From Angustibacter luteus (lineage in GTDB: Bacteria > Actinomycetota > Actinomycetes > Actinomycetales > Angustibacteraceae), in assembly GCF_039541115.1 (NCBI RefSeq), contig NZ_BAABFP010000002.1:620001-684000 (forward strand): a stretch of 64,000 nt of DNA, read 5' to 3'. A model generated the notes under the pieces. It did not search any database. It was given only the letters and a program-made list of their open reading frames with translations, and had not been told where the DNA came from. Below are positions 45,780 through 54,140 of this stretch, in pieces. The translations under genes were made by a program, and so were the position numbers. The number at the start of each line of letters is the position of its first letter. The stretch's first letter is position 1.

Positions 45780-47696
45780 GTGGTCAAAGTCAGTGTCATC
45801 GTGCCGGTGTACAACCCCGGGCCGCACCTGGACCGGCTGCTCACCTCGCTGGACGCCCAGAGCATGCGCGTGGAGGACCTCGAGCTGGTCTTCGTGGACG
45901 ACGGGTCGACCGACGACTCTCCGGCCCGCCTGCACGCCTACGCCGACCGCCGGGCCAACACCGTGGTGCGCACGATCCCCAACTCGGGCTGGCCGGGCAC
46001 GCCGCGCAACCTCGGGACGGACCTCGCGCAGGGCGAGTACGTCTTCTTCGCCGACCACGACGACGAGTTCTTCCCCGAGTCGCTGGTGCGGATGTACGCG
46101 AGCGCCCGCGACAACGGCGCCGACATCGTCTACGGCAAGGTCGTCACCGAGGGGATGACCACCCCGTTCTGGCCGCTGTCGTACCGCAACGTCGCTGACG
46201 GGGACCTGGTCGACGACCACCTCCTCATCAGCCGGATGACCCACAAGCTCTTCCGTCGCGCCTTCCTGGTCGAGCACGACATCCGCTTCCCGGAGCGGCA
46301 GGTGCGGCTGGAGGACCACTTCTTCATGGCCCGGGCGATGCCCTTGGCCCGGGTGATCTCGGTCGTCGCCGACTACCCCTGCTACCGCTGGGTCCTGCGC
46401 AACGACGGCACCAACAACAGCGCGAACCAGCAGAAGTTCCCGCACTACTGGGACAACCTGGCGGAGACGGTCCAGACCTTCAGCGACACCGTCGGACCGG
46501 GCCGGGTCAACGACGCCGCCCTCGCCTGGTCCGGCCGCCGCATGCTGCTGCACGCGCGGCCGGCGGAGTACCTGGCGTCGTCCGAGGAGGAGCAGGCGGC
46601 GGTGGTGGCCCCGCTGTACGACCTGGTGCCGCGGCTGCTCCCGGCGGACGTCGAGCCCCTTGTCCCGGTGCTGGCCCGCTGGCGGCTGAACGCGCTGCGG
46701 CGACAGGACCGGACGCGGTTCGACCAGGCGCAGGAGTTCAGCCGCGACCTGACGATGCCCGTGCGGCTCGAGGACGTCCGGTGGGTCGGGTCGAGCCTGG
46801 AGCTGAGCGCGAGCGCCCGCCTCCTGGACGCCACCGGCGAGCCCGTGCGCCTCCTCCGGGACGGTGACGACCTGCTCCTGGACGTGGACGACCCGAGCCA
46901 GCGCTGGCGTCTGCTCCCGCCGGACCTCGGCGAGCTCGAGCTGACGGTCCGGCACCGCCCGTCGAGCATCGAGTGGCCGCTGCCGGGCCGCAGCGTGCTC
47001 GAGCTCGGTGACGAGGACGGCCGGCCGACCCCCACCGTCCGGTGGACCGGCCGGGTCGACCCCTGGTCCGGTGTCTTCCAGCAGCAGCTCGAGGACGGCC
47101 TCTGGGACGTGCTGGCGCGGGTGTCGTTCCTGGGCGAGCCGCGGGTCCAGCGGCTAGCCGTCGACGGCGACGTCGACCTCGAGGCGACCGTGGAGGATCC
47201 CGGCGGCACGCACCGAGCACACGCGTACGTGACCAAGGGCGGCACGCTCGCCCTCCGGCTGTCCGCCAAGCCCGCCCCGCGGCCCCGGGTGATCGGCACC
47301 GAGTGGCGGGAGGGCGTCCTCCGGCTGGTCCTCGCCGAGCCGGCGGACGGTGCCACGCGAGTGCTCGTGCGACGACGCAACGAACCTGAGCTCGCTCTCG
47401 CACCCCTGGTTCCCGACGGACGGTCGGTCACGATCAGCTTCCCCCCGTCCAGCGGGGGCCAGATCTTCGACCTCTGGCTGCGGTCCGGCGAGGAGGGGGC
47501 ACCCGAACGGCGGCTCGTGCACGACCTCGCGTACGGCGTGCCGTGCTGGCCACCGCTGGCCTGCTACCGGACCGAGCACGGCTCGTTCTCGGTCCGGGAC
47601 GAACGGCGGCCGGCGACGGCGCCCACCACCCGTCGACGCCCTCGCCCGAACCGTCGGGTCGCGCGCCGGATCTCCCAGCTGCTGGGTCGCGGCTAG
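45780..47696 (+). CDS. GT2 glycosyltransferase, paralog of 41647..43554
   Basis: VKVSVIVPVYN, VDDGSTD, SGWPGTPRN, FADHDD, LEDH. Confidence 0.92.
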   Translation: MVKVSVIVPVYNPGPHLDRLLTSLDAQSMRVEDLELVFVDDGSTDDSPARLHAYADRRANTVVRTIPNSGWPGTPRNLGTDLAQGEYVFFADHDDEFFPESLVRMYASARDNGADIVYGKVVTEGMTTPFWPLSYRNVADGDLVDDHLLISRMTHKLFRRAFLVEHDIRFPERQVRLEDHFFMARAMPLARVISVVADYPCYRWVLRNDGTNNSANQQKFPHYWDNLAETVQTFSDTVGPGRVNDAALAWSGRRMLLHARPAEYLASSEEEQAAVVAPLYDLVPRLLPADVEPLVPVLARWRLNALRRQDRTRFDQAQEFSRDLTMPVRLEDVRWVGSSLELSASARLLDATGEPVRLLRDGDDLLLDVDDPSQRWRLLPPDLGELELTVRHRPSSIEWPLPGRSVLELGDEDGRPTPTVRWTGRVDPWSGVFQQQLEDGLWDVLARVSFLGEPRVQRLAVDGDVDLEATVEDPGGTHRAHAYVTKGGTLALRLSAKPAPRPRVIGTEWREGVLRLVLAEPADGATRVLVRRRNEPELALAPLVPDGRSVTISFPPSSGGQIFDLWLRSGEEGAPERRLVHDLAYGVPCWPPLACYRTEHGSFSVRDERRPATAPTTRRRPRPNRRVARRISQLLGRG

Positions 47697-48703
47697 GACT
47701 CGTTCAGCGCCCGCGGGACGATCGAGCCGGGGCTGGTCAGGAAGCCCCATCCCCAGGACAGGTGCATGGTGGCCAGCACCGCGGGCAGCGTGGCGCGGAC
47801 GGCGATCGGCTCGGCGCGACCCACGACCAGCGACCCGAGCGTGATCACCGCGAGGTACCCGCCCGGCAGCACGAGCGCCCAGGCGGCCGCGGGCACCCCC
47901 GCCACGGCGCCGACGGCGGCCACGAGCGTCCCCAGGGCGACGCCCAGCACCGCCACCGGCGGGGCCAGGTAGCGCAGGTTGATCGTGCCGCGGTGCGTGC
48001 GGGAGACGACCCGACGCCAGCGACCGTAGTCCCGGTACTGCCGCGACAGCGCGCGGACGGTCGCGCGCGGGCGGTAGGACACCCGCAGCCGCGGTGAGAA
48101 CCAGACCAGCCCGCCGAGCTCGCGGATGCGGTGGTTCATCTCCCAGTCCTGGGCGCGGACGAACCGCTCGTCGTAGCCACCGACCCGGTCCAGCCACTCC
48201 CGGCGGAACACGCCCAGGTAGACGGTGTCGGCCGGTCCGTCGTCGCCGCCCACGTGGAACGCCGACGCCCCCACGCCCAGGACCGACGTCATCGCCGCGG
48301 CCACCGCACGCTCGAACGTCGTCGTGCCCTCGGCGGCCATCACCCCACCGACGTTCGCCGCGCCGGTGCGCTGCAGCAGCTCGACCGCGGTGCTCACGTA
48401 GTGCGACTCCAGCAGCGCGTGCCCGTCCACCCGGACCACGATCGGGTTGGCGCTGGCGGCGAGCGCCAGGTTGAGGGCCGCGGGCGTGCGGCCCGAGGGG
48501 TTGCGCACGGTCCGCACCCGCGGGTCGTCCGCGTGCAGTCGCGCCGCGACCTCGTCGGTGCCGTCGGTGCTGGGTCCGAGCGCGAGGACGACCTCGATCG
48601 CTCCCGGGTAGTCCTGGTCCAGCACAGCGGCCACGGCCTCGGCCAGGTGCCGCTCCTCGTTCAGGACCGGCATCACCACCGACACCGACAGCGGGGCGTT
48701 CAC
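47693..48703 (-). CDS. GT2 glycosyltransferase (ExoA-like)
   Basis: VSVVMPVLNEE, RTPAALN, VRVDGH, DTVYLGVF, RAQDWEMN. Confidence 0.92.
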   Translation of the reverse strand: MNAPLSVSVVMPVLNEERHLAEAVAAVLDQDYPGAIEVVLALGPSTDGTDEVAARLHADDPRVRTVRNPSGRTPAALNLALAASANPIVVRVDGHALLESHYVSTAVELLQRTGAANVGGVMAAEGTTTFERAVAAAMTSVLGVGASAFHVGGDDGPADTVYLGVFRREWLDRVGGYDERFVRAQDWEMNHRIRELGGLVWFSPRLRVSYRPRATVRALSRQYRDYGRWRRVVSRTHRGTINLRYLAPPVAVLGVALGTLVAAVGAVAGVPAAAWALVLPGGYLAVITLGSLVVGRAEPIAVRATLPAVLATMHLSWGWGFLTSPGSIVPRALNES

Positions 48704-48763
48704 GCCGTCGTGGGGGTGGTCTGCGAGCTCACCCGGTCACCATAGTCGGCCCGTCCGGCGCGC

Positions 48764-49147
48764 TCAGCCACCTGCCGTCACGGAGTCGACGACCAACGGG
48801 CGGCCCTGCTGGCAGTGCGACATGAGCTGCCGGTCGAGGTGCCCGCTCACGGTCACGGGCACGCCCTGGCCGAGCAGGGCCCGGTCGCCGCCGAGCAGGA
48901 GGTAGCCGTCCAGCAGCAGGCAGCCCTGCTCCACGCCCTGCTGCGGGATGCCGGCCACGCTGACCGGGCCGCCGTCGAACACGGGACCACCGTCGGTCGG
49001 CTTCGCCGTCGCGCTGGTCGACGCGCTGGGGCTCGGGGGTACCGCGGTCGCATCGGGTGGGCTCGTCGGTGTCGACCCACCGCACCCGGCCACCAGGACC
49101 AGCAGGGACGTCGCCCCCACCGTCGCCGCCCACCTGCGCACGCTCAT
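48764..49147 (-). CDS. Small lipoprotein, hypothetical
   Basis: Lipobox VAGC; Pro/Ser/Thr linker; GVEQGCLLL...MSHCQQG domain. Confidence 0.75.
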   Translation of the reverse strand: MSVRRWAATVGATSLLVLVAGCGGSTPTSPPDATAVPPSPSASTSATAKPTDGGPVFDGGPVSVAGIPQQGVEQGCLLLDGYLLLGGDRALLGQGVPVTVSGHLDRQLMSHCQQGRPLVVDSVTAGG

Positions 49148-49154
49148 GTCGGTA

Positions 49155-49181
49155 CGACGCGCGGGGACGTCGTCCGGTTCC
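49155..49181 (-). promoter_or_regulatory. ECF sigma promoter candidate (SigM-like), leaderless
   Basis: Minus strand GGAACC-N16-CGTCG-7 nt-ATG. Confidence 0.6.
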
Positions 49182-49206
49182 AGCCGCTCCCACCGCCGGG
49201 ACGACT

Positions 49207-49240
49207 GCGGGCCCACCCCCCGGTGTGGGGGTGGGCCCGC
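49207..49240 (-). terminator. Strong hairpin terminator downstream of the S8 protease
   Basis: Perfect 14-bp stem GCGGGCCCACCCCC / GGGGGTGGGCCCGC with a 6-nt loop. Confidence 0.8.
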
Positions 49241-49284
49241 GATCGCTCGTGCGACAGGCTCACTCAGCTCACGGCTCACTCACC

Positions 49285-52200
49285 TCACGGAGCGGTGACT
49301 GCGCCGATCTGCACCGAACCTCGCCCGACCACGGCGCCGAGGTCGGTGAGCACGACGAGCTCACCGAACAGCTGGCGTCCCGCGGCCGGTGCGCTGTTCG
49401 CCGTGACCGAGCCGGTCAGCGACGCCGTCTGGCCGTTGGCCAGGGCCAGCGTCCCGGCGGGTGCGGAGAGCGTGCCGAGCGCCGGCGAGTAGAACACGTC
49501 GCGGTAGTCGTACTCCGTGCTGCCTGCGGGCACGGAGTACCCGTCGACCACCACGGTGTACGTCCCCGCCGCCGGGTTCGCCAGCGACACCGACTCCTCC
49601 GAGTCACCGTCCGCCGACTGACCGACCAGGGCACCCGCCGCGTTGTACACGGACAGGTCGAGGTCGGCGCCGAGGTCGCTCGTGTTGCCGATCGCGACGT
49701 CCAGCCGGGTAGCCCCGGCCGGGACCACGACCTCACTGACGTTCTGGCCCAGGTCGTCGATGCTCGGCCGCTCGACGAGCGCGCTCCCGAGCGGTCCGCC
49801 CTGACCCTTGACGTTCACCGGGCCCCAATCGTTGCGCAGGGACCACGTCACCGGGGTCGCCACCCCTTCGGTGACACTCGGCAGGGTGACCGTCTCCGGG
49901 TCCACCGTGACGCCCTGGATCGCCGCCTTGAGCTCGTACGGGTTGTTCAGCGACGGGGACGTGCGACGGGCCTCGACCTCGATCTCCCACACGCCCGGCA
50001 GCGGGTTGTCGTACGACCGCTCGTCGGGCTTGCAGGTGTTGGCCGGGTTGACGTAGTTCAGGTAGCAGTTCGGCGTGGACGTCGGGTCCGCCGGGACGCC
50101 GTACGGGTTGATCGCGATGAACCGCACCTGCGAGCCCGTCGCGATGCCACCGATCTTGACCTGCAAGGACTTGGCGCCCTCGGGAACGGTGACGAAGTAC
50201 GACGTGGTGTGGTTGCGGTCCACCGTGCCCGAACGGGTCATCGAGTACGACGGCTTGGTGGTGTCCGTCGACGCGACCACCGAGTTCATCACCGCGAAGT
50301 CGACACCCGCCGTCGCCGCGTCGTCCAGCCGCATGATGGCGGTGTGCGCGCCAGCGCCGGGACGGGCGGTGACCGGGATGCTGACGGTCTTGTTCAGCGG
50401 CAGCACGACCGAGCGCGCCGAGCTGTACGTGCCGTCGTTGCCGACCCAGACGACCTGGTGGGTGCGGTTGCCGGCCGGACCGCTGGTCCGGGTGACCTTG
50501 ACGTTGTAGGTCTTGGTCTGGCCGGGCTTGAAGCCACCCGCGTTCGCCGCGCACCGGTTGTAGATCCCCTCGCCCTGGTTGGGCGTGGCGAGGAAGTCCG
50601 AGATCGGCGTGCAGACCGGCGCGGTCGAGGTGTAGCTGCGGGTCTCGAGGTCCGTCTTCAGCAGCTTCCACGCCGCCGGGACGTCCAGGAACCCGTTGCC
50701 CTGGGCCGCCGCCGAGATGTCGCTCTCGAAGTCAGCCGAGGAGTACATCGCCTGCCGCAGCTGGGCCGGCGTGACGCCGAGGTCCTTGTCCCGGGCCGCG
50801 GACAGCAGCAGGGCTGCAGCACCGGCGGTCTGCGGAGAGGCCATCGACGTGCCCTGGAGCATGGCGTACCCCGGCGGCAGGTCGTAGCCGGCCTCGGCCA
50901 CCGGTGCACCCGGCAGCCACAGCTGGACCGTGGAGATGGCCGCGCCAGGTGCGGTGATGTTCGGCTTGAACCCACCGGCCTCGCTCGGGCCGCGCGAGCT
51001 GAACGGCATGACGTCCAGCTTGTCCTTGACCACCGAGCCGTAGTTCGACAGCCAGGTGTCCTTGCTGATGCTGGCCGCCACGGCGACGACGTCGGTCGCC
51101 ACCGCCGGGTCACCGATCGTGTTCAGACCGGATCCGGAGTTGCCCGCGGAGATCACGAGCTGCACGCCGTAGTCGTGGATCAGCGTGTTGTAGAGGGTGG
51201 CGCGCGCGTTGTTGCCGTCGTTCAGGGCGGGCAGCCCGCCGATCGACATGTTGACGACGTCCACGTGCCGGTTGACGACCAGGTCGATCATGCCGTCGGT
51301 CAGCGCGGCCGCGGTGCAGCCACCGCCCCAGCTGCAGGCGCGGGCCGAGACGATCTTCGCCCCGGGCGCCTGGCCGTCGTAGTTCGCGTTGCCGAACATG
51401 TCGTTACCGGCCGCGATGCCGGCGACGTGCGAGCCGTGCTCGTCCTCGATGATGCCGATGTTGACGTAGTCGAGCAGGCCGGGGCCGCCCACCGGGGTGG
51501 TGTCGACGTTCGTCCGGTACTCGACGACGAACGGCACCTGCTCGCGCACGGCGGTCGACGGGTTGTCGGTGCCGAAGTGGCCCACGTCGTAGTTCTGGTT
51601 GTAGGGGCGCATGACCGGGTTGTTGGTGAGGTCGGCGTCGTTGTCGGAGTCGACCCAGATGTTGTGCGTCGCCGGGTCGTACAGGACGCCGAACCGGTCG
51701 GTGGTGTCGCCGTCCCGGTTGACGTCGCCGCCGTACTGGTCGGCCGCGGTGATCGACTCGCTGAACAGGGCGAACTTGTAGGTGCCGGCCGGGACGGTCC
51801 AGGTGCGGCCGGCGGCGGTGAACGTCGGGCCGGTGACGCTGGTGATCATCGGGCGCCAGGTTCCGTCGCCGTCGGTCAGCGGGTCCGTGGCGGTGACCCA
51901 GTCGACGATCTTGCGCTGACCCGTGGAGGTGGTCTGCAGGGCCGGGTTGTCCAGGTCCACGCCGGAGTCCATGATGCCGATCGTGGTGCCGCGGCCGTCC
52001 CAGGTCGGGTGGTCCTTCTTGAACTTGACCGAGCCGGTCTCGTTCGTCGGCATGTAGGGGTTCGACGCCGGGGTGCTCGCGCCGGGGGCCGGGTAGAGCG
52101 CCGCCTTGGCGGCCGAGCCCTTCGAGGTGTCGGGACGGCTGTCGTACAGCGGGATCGTCTCGTTGAGGTCCACCGCGGCGACGCCCGGCAGCTTGGCGGT

Positions 52201-52593
52201 GCGGGTCACCTTGGCGGTGGGCACCAGAGCCTTGACGTAGCCGACCTTGTCGACCTGGTTGGTCACCGCGCCGCCGAGGGCCTCGACCTGCTTGGCCACC
52301 GCGGCCGTCTTGCCCTTGTCGGTCGCGATGAGGAGGGTGACCTGCTTCTGCTTCTTCGCCTCGGCCTGCGCGAGCAGCTGCCGGTCGTGGCTGCCGAGCT
52401 TGTCGGCCGTGCCGGTCGGGCTGTCCTTCGCGGCCCCGCCGGAGGTCGTGGTGGGGGCGGGCACCGGGGTGATGCCGCCCGTCGTGGCGGCGGCTCCGGC
52501 CGACAGTGTTCCTGTCGCCATCGCCGCGATGGTCACCCCTGATGCCAGGGCCGCGGCGAGGGTTCGCCGGCCGCGTGCCGAGATGTCTCTCAC
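49285..52593 (-). CDS. Secreted S8 (subtilisin-like) serine protease with C-terminal PPC-like domains
   Basis: Signal peptide; IMDSGVD, HGSHVAGIA, SAGNSG, QGTSMASP; GAAAGG SD. Confidence 0.95.
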   Translation of the reverse strand: MRDISARGRRTLAAALASGVTIAAMATGTLSAGAAATTGGITPVPAPTTTSGGAAKDSPTGTADKLGSHDRQLLAQAEAKKQKQVTLLIATDKGKTAAVAKQVEALGGAVTNQVDKVGYVKALVPTAKVTRTAKLPGVAAVDLNETIPLYDSRPDTSKGSAAKAALYPAPGASTPASNPYMPTNETGSVKFKKDHPTWDGRGTTIGIMDSGVDLDNPALQTTSTGQRKIVDWVTATDPLTDGDGTWRPMITSVTGPTFTAAGRTWTVPAGTYKFALFSESITAADQYGGDVNRDGDTTDRFGVLYDPATHNIWVDSDNDADLTNNPVMRPYNQNYDVGHFGTDNPSTAVREQVPFVVEYRTNVDTTPVGGPGLLDYVNIGIIEDEHGSHVAGIAAGNDMFGNANYDGQAPGAKIVSARACSWGGGCTAAALTDGMIDLVVNRHVDVVNMSIGGLPALNDGNNARATLYNTLIHDYGVQLVISAGNSGSGLNTIGDPAVATDVVAVAASISKDTWLSNYGSVVKDKLDVMPFSSRGPSEAGGFKPNITAPGAAISTVQLWLPGAPVAEAGYDLPPGYAMLQGTSMASPQTAGAAALLLSAARDKDLGVTPAQLRQAMYSSADFESDISAAAQGNGFLDVPAAWKLLKTDLETRSYTSTAPVCTPISDFLATPNQGEGIYNRCAANAGGFKPGQTKTYNVKVTRTSGPAGNRTHQVVWVGNDGTYSSARSVVLPLNKTVSIPVTARPGAGAHTAIMRLDDAATAGVDFAVMNSVVASTDTTKPSYSMTRSGTVDRNHTTSYFVTVPEGAKSLQVKIGGIATGSQVRFIAINPYGVPADPTSTPNCYLNYVNPANTCKPDERSYDNPLPGVWEIEVEARRTSPSLNNPYELKAAIQGVTVDPETVTLPSVTEGVATPVTWSLRNDWGPVNVKGQGGPLGSALVERPSIDDLGQNVSEVVVPAGATRLDVAIGNTSDLGADLDLSVYNAAGALVGQSADGDSEESVSLANPAAGTYTVVVDGYSVPAGSTEYDYRDVFYSPALGTLSAPAGTLALANGQTASLTGSVTANSAPAAGRQLFGELVVLTDLGAVVGRGSVQIGAVTAP

Positions 52594-52698
52594 AAGCAGG
52601 TCCTTTCAGCGTCGGCCCCCGCGACGGACCGCGAGTGCACGTCTGTGGCGCATCCTTTGGCCGGAAGCCGGTACTTGTCACGCTATGCGTCCATGATC

Positions 52699-52714
52699 GT
52701 GACCTGTTCGTAAC
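52699..52714. promoter_or_regulatory. GlnR/MtrA-type box upstream of the S8 protease
   Basis: GTGAC-ctgttc-GTAAC, i.e. GTnAC-N6-GTnAC. Confidence 0.55.
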
Positions 52715-52842
52715 TCGATCACTCTCAAGACCGGACGTTTGCGACCCGAACGCCTTGTCGCGGAAGTCCCGGTGGGCGACGGGGCGCCTGGTTAGACTCG
52801 GCCACAGCGGGTCGAGGACCCGGGGCGGGACGTGAGCACGGC

Positions 52843-53559
52843 ATGAGTGCAGCGGACGACGAGGTCAGCGGCCCCGTAGTGAACCCCGTGATGAGCCACG
52901 TCGTGACGCACGTGGTGATCCCACCGCGGGAGCCGATGTCCGGCGCCGTGGCGCTGGTCGCCGACGTGACCGTGCTGACGACGGTGGCCGCCTTCCGGGT
53001 GGGGCGAGGCGGACTGCGCCTGGCCGGTGCGATCGGCCGCGCCCTGCCGGCCCCGCCACTGACCACCGGTCCCCGATCGGTCCGGGCGCGGGACGACCTC
53101 ACGGTGCGGGCCCGGGCCACCCGTCAGTCGATCGAGCAGGCAGTGTCCACGGTCCTCGATCGTGTGGTGCCCATGACACTGTCCGCCGTCCTGGACCGGG
53201 TGGACCTGACCCAGGTCGTCCGGGACCGGGTGGACATCGACCAGCTCGTCGCCGTCGTCGACCTCGACGGCGCCGTCTCGCGGGTGGACCTCGACGCGAT
53301 CGCCAAGCGGCTCGACATCGAGGCGATCATCGGGCGGCTCGACCTGGTCGCGCTCACCGAGGAGATCATGAACGCGCTGGACATCCCCGAGATCATCCGC
53401 GAGTCCACGACGTCCGTGGCCTCCGGCAGCGTCACGGAGGTGCGGCTGCAGAGCATCTCCGCCGACGAGGCCGTCGCCCGGGTGGTCGACCGGTTCCGGT
53501 TGCGCCGGCGTCCCCGCTCGACCAACGCCCTGCCGCCTCCCCCGGGCACCCCGACATGA
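52843..53559 (+). CDS. Hypothetical protein with ~9-residue (R)VDLD repeats (start uncertain)
   Basis: DRVDLTQVVRDRVDIDQLVAVVDLDGAVSRVDLDAIAKRLDIEA; coupled to the RDD gene (ATGA). Confidence 0.75.
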   Translation: MSAADDEVSGPVVNPVMSHVVTHVVIPPREPMSGAVALVADVTVLTTVAAFRVGRGGLRLAGAIGRALPAPPLTTGPRSVRARDDLTVRARATRQSIEQAVSTVLDRVVPMTLSAVLDRVDLTQVVRDRVDIDQLVAVVDLDGAVSRVDLDAIAKRLDIEAIIGRLDLVALTEEIMNALDIPEIIRESTTSVASGSVTEVRLQSISADEAVARVVDRFRLRRRPRSTNALPPPPGTPT

Positions 53560-54140
53560 GCGCCGCGGGCTCCATCTCGCCGATCCCCCGCGAGGCCAGG
53601 CCCTTCCAGGGCCAGCGGGCCGGACTCGTCACCCGGGTCATCGCCAACACCGTGGACGGCCTGCTGGTCGGCGTCATCACCCTGGCGATCTGGGGTGGCG
53701 TCGCCGTGGCCCGGTTCCTGTTCCACCCCCGCAGCTTCAGCATGCCGCAGCTGCCCTTCCTGCTGCAGACGACGTGCGTGCTGACCCTGCTCATCGGCTA
53801 CCTCACCATCGGCTGGGCGGTGAGCGGGCGCACCTACGGGTGCCACCTCATGGGGCTGCGTGTGGTCAACTTCCGCGGCGGCCGGCTGCGTCCGGTGACG
53901 TCCTTGCTGCGCGCGGTGTTCTGCGTGTTCTTCCCCATCGGGCTGCTCTGGTGCGCGGCCAGCCGGCAGAACCGCTCCCTGCAGGACACGGTGCTGCGCT
54001 CCTCGGTGATCTACGACTGGAGCCCGCGGGCGCCCTGGCGCCAGGAGCGGGCGCTCCCGCCGGTCACCGAGGAGCCGCTCCCCGTAGCCCTGCCCGGCGC
54101 CCTGCCCGGTGCACCGACCCCGACGGAGGGCTCGCCCTAG
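53556..54140 (+). CDS. RDD family membrane protein
   Basis: AGLVTRVIANTVD, GRTYG..LMGLRVV, RSLQD. Confidence 0.88.
   Translation: MSAAGSISPIPREARPFQGQRAGLVTRVIANTVDGLLVGVITLAIWGGVAVARFLFHPRSFSMPQLPFLLQTTCVLTLLIGYLTIGWAVSGRTYGCHLMGLRVVNFRGGRLRPVTSLLRAVFCVFFPIGLLWCAASRQNRSLQDTVLRSSVIYDWSPRAPWRQERALPPVTEEPLPVALPGALPGAPTPTEGSP

Noticed and set aside
49255..49290. CTCAC/GTGAG micro-repeats after the protease stop
   Set aside because: Short, irregular low-complexity sequence before the terminator.
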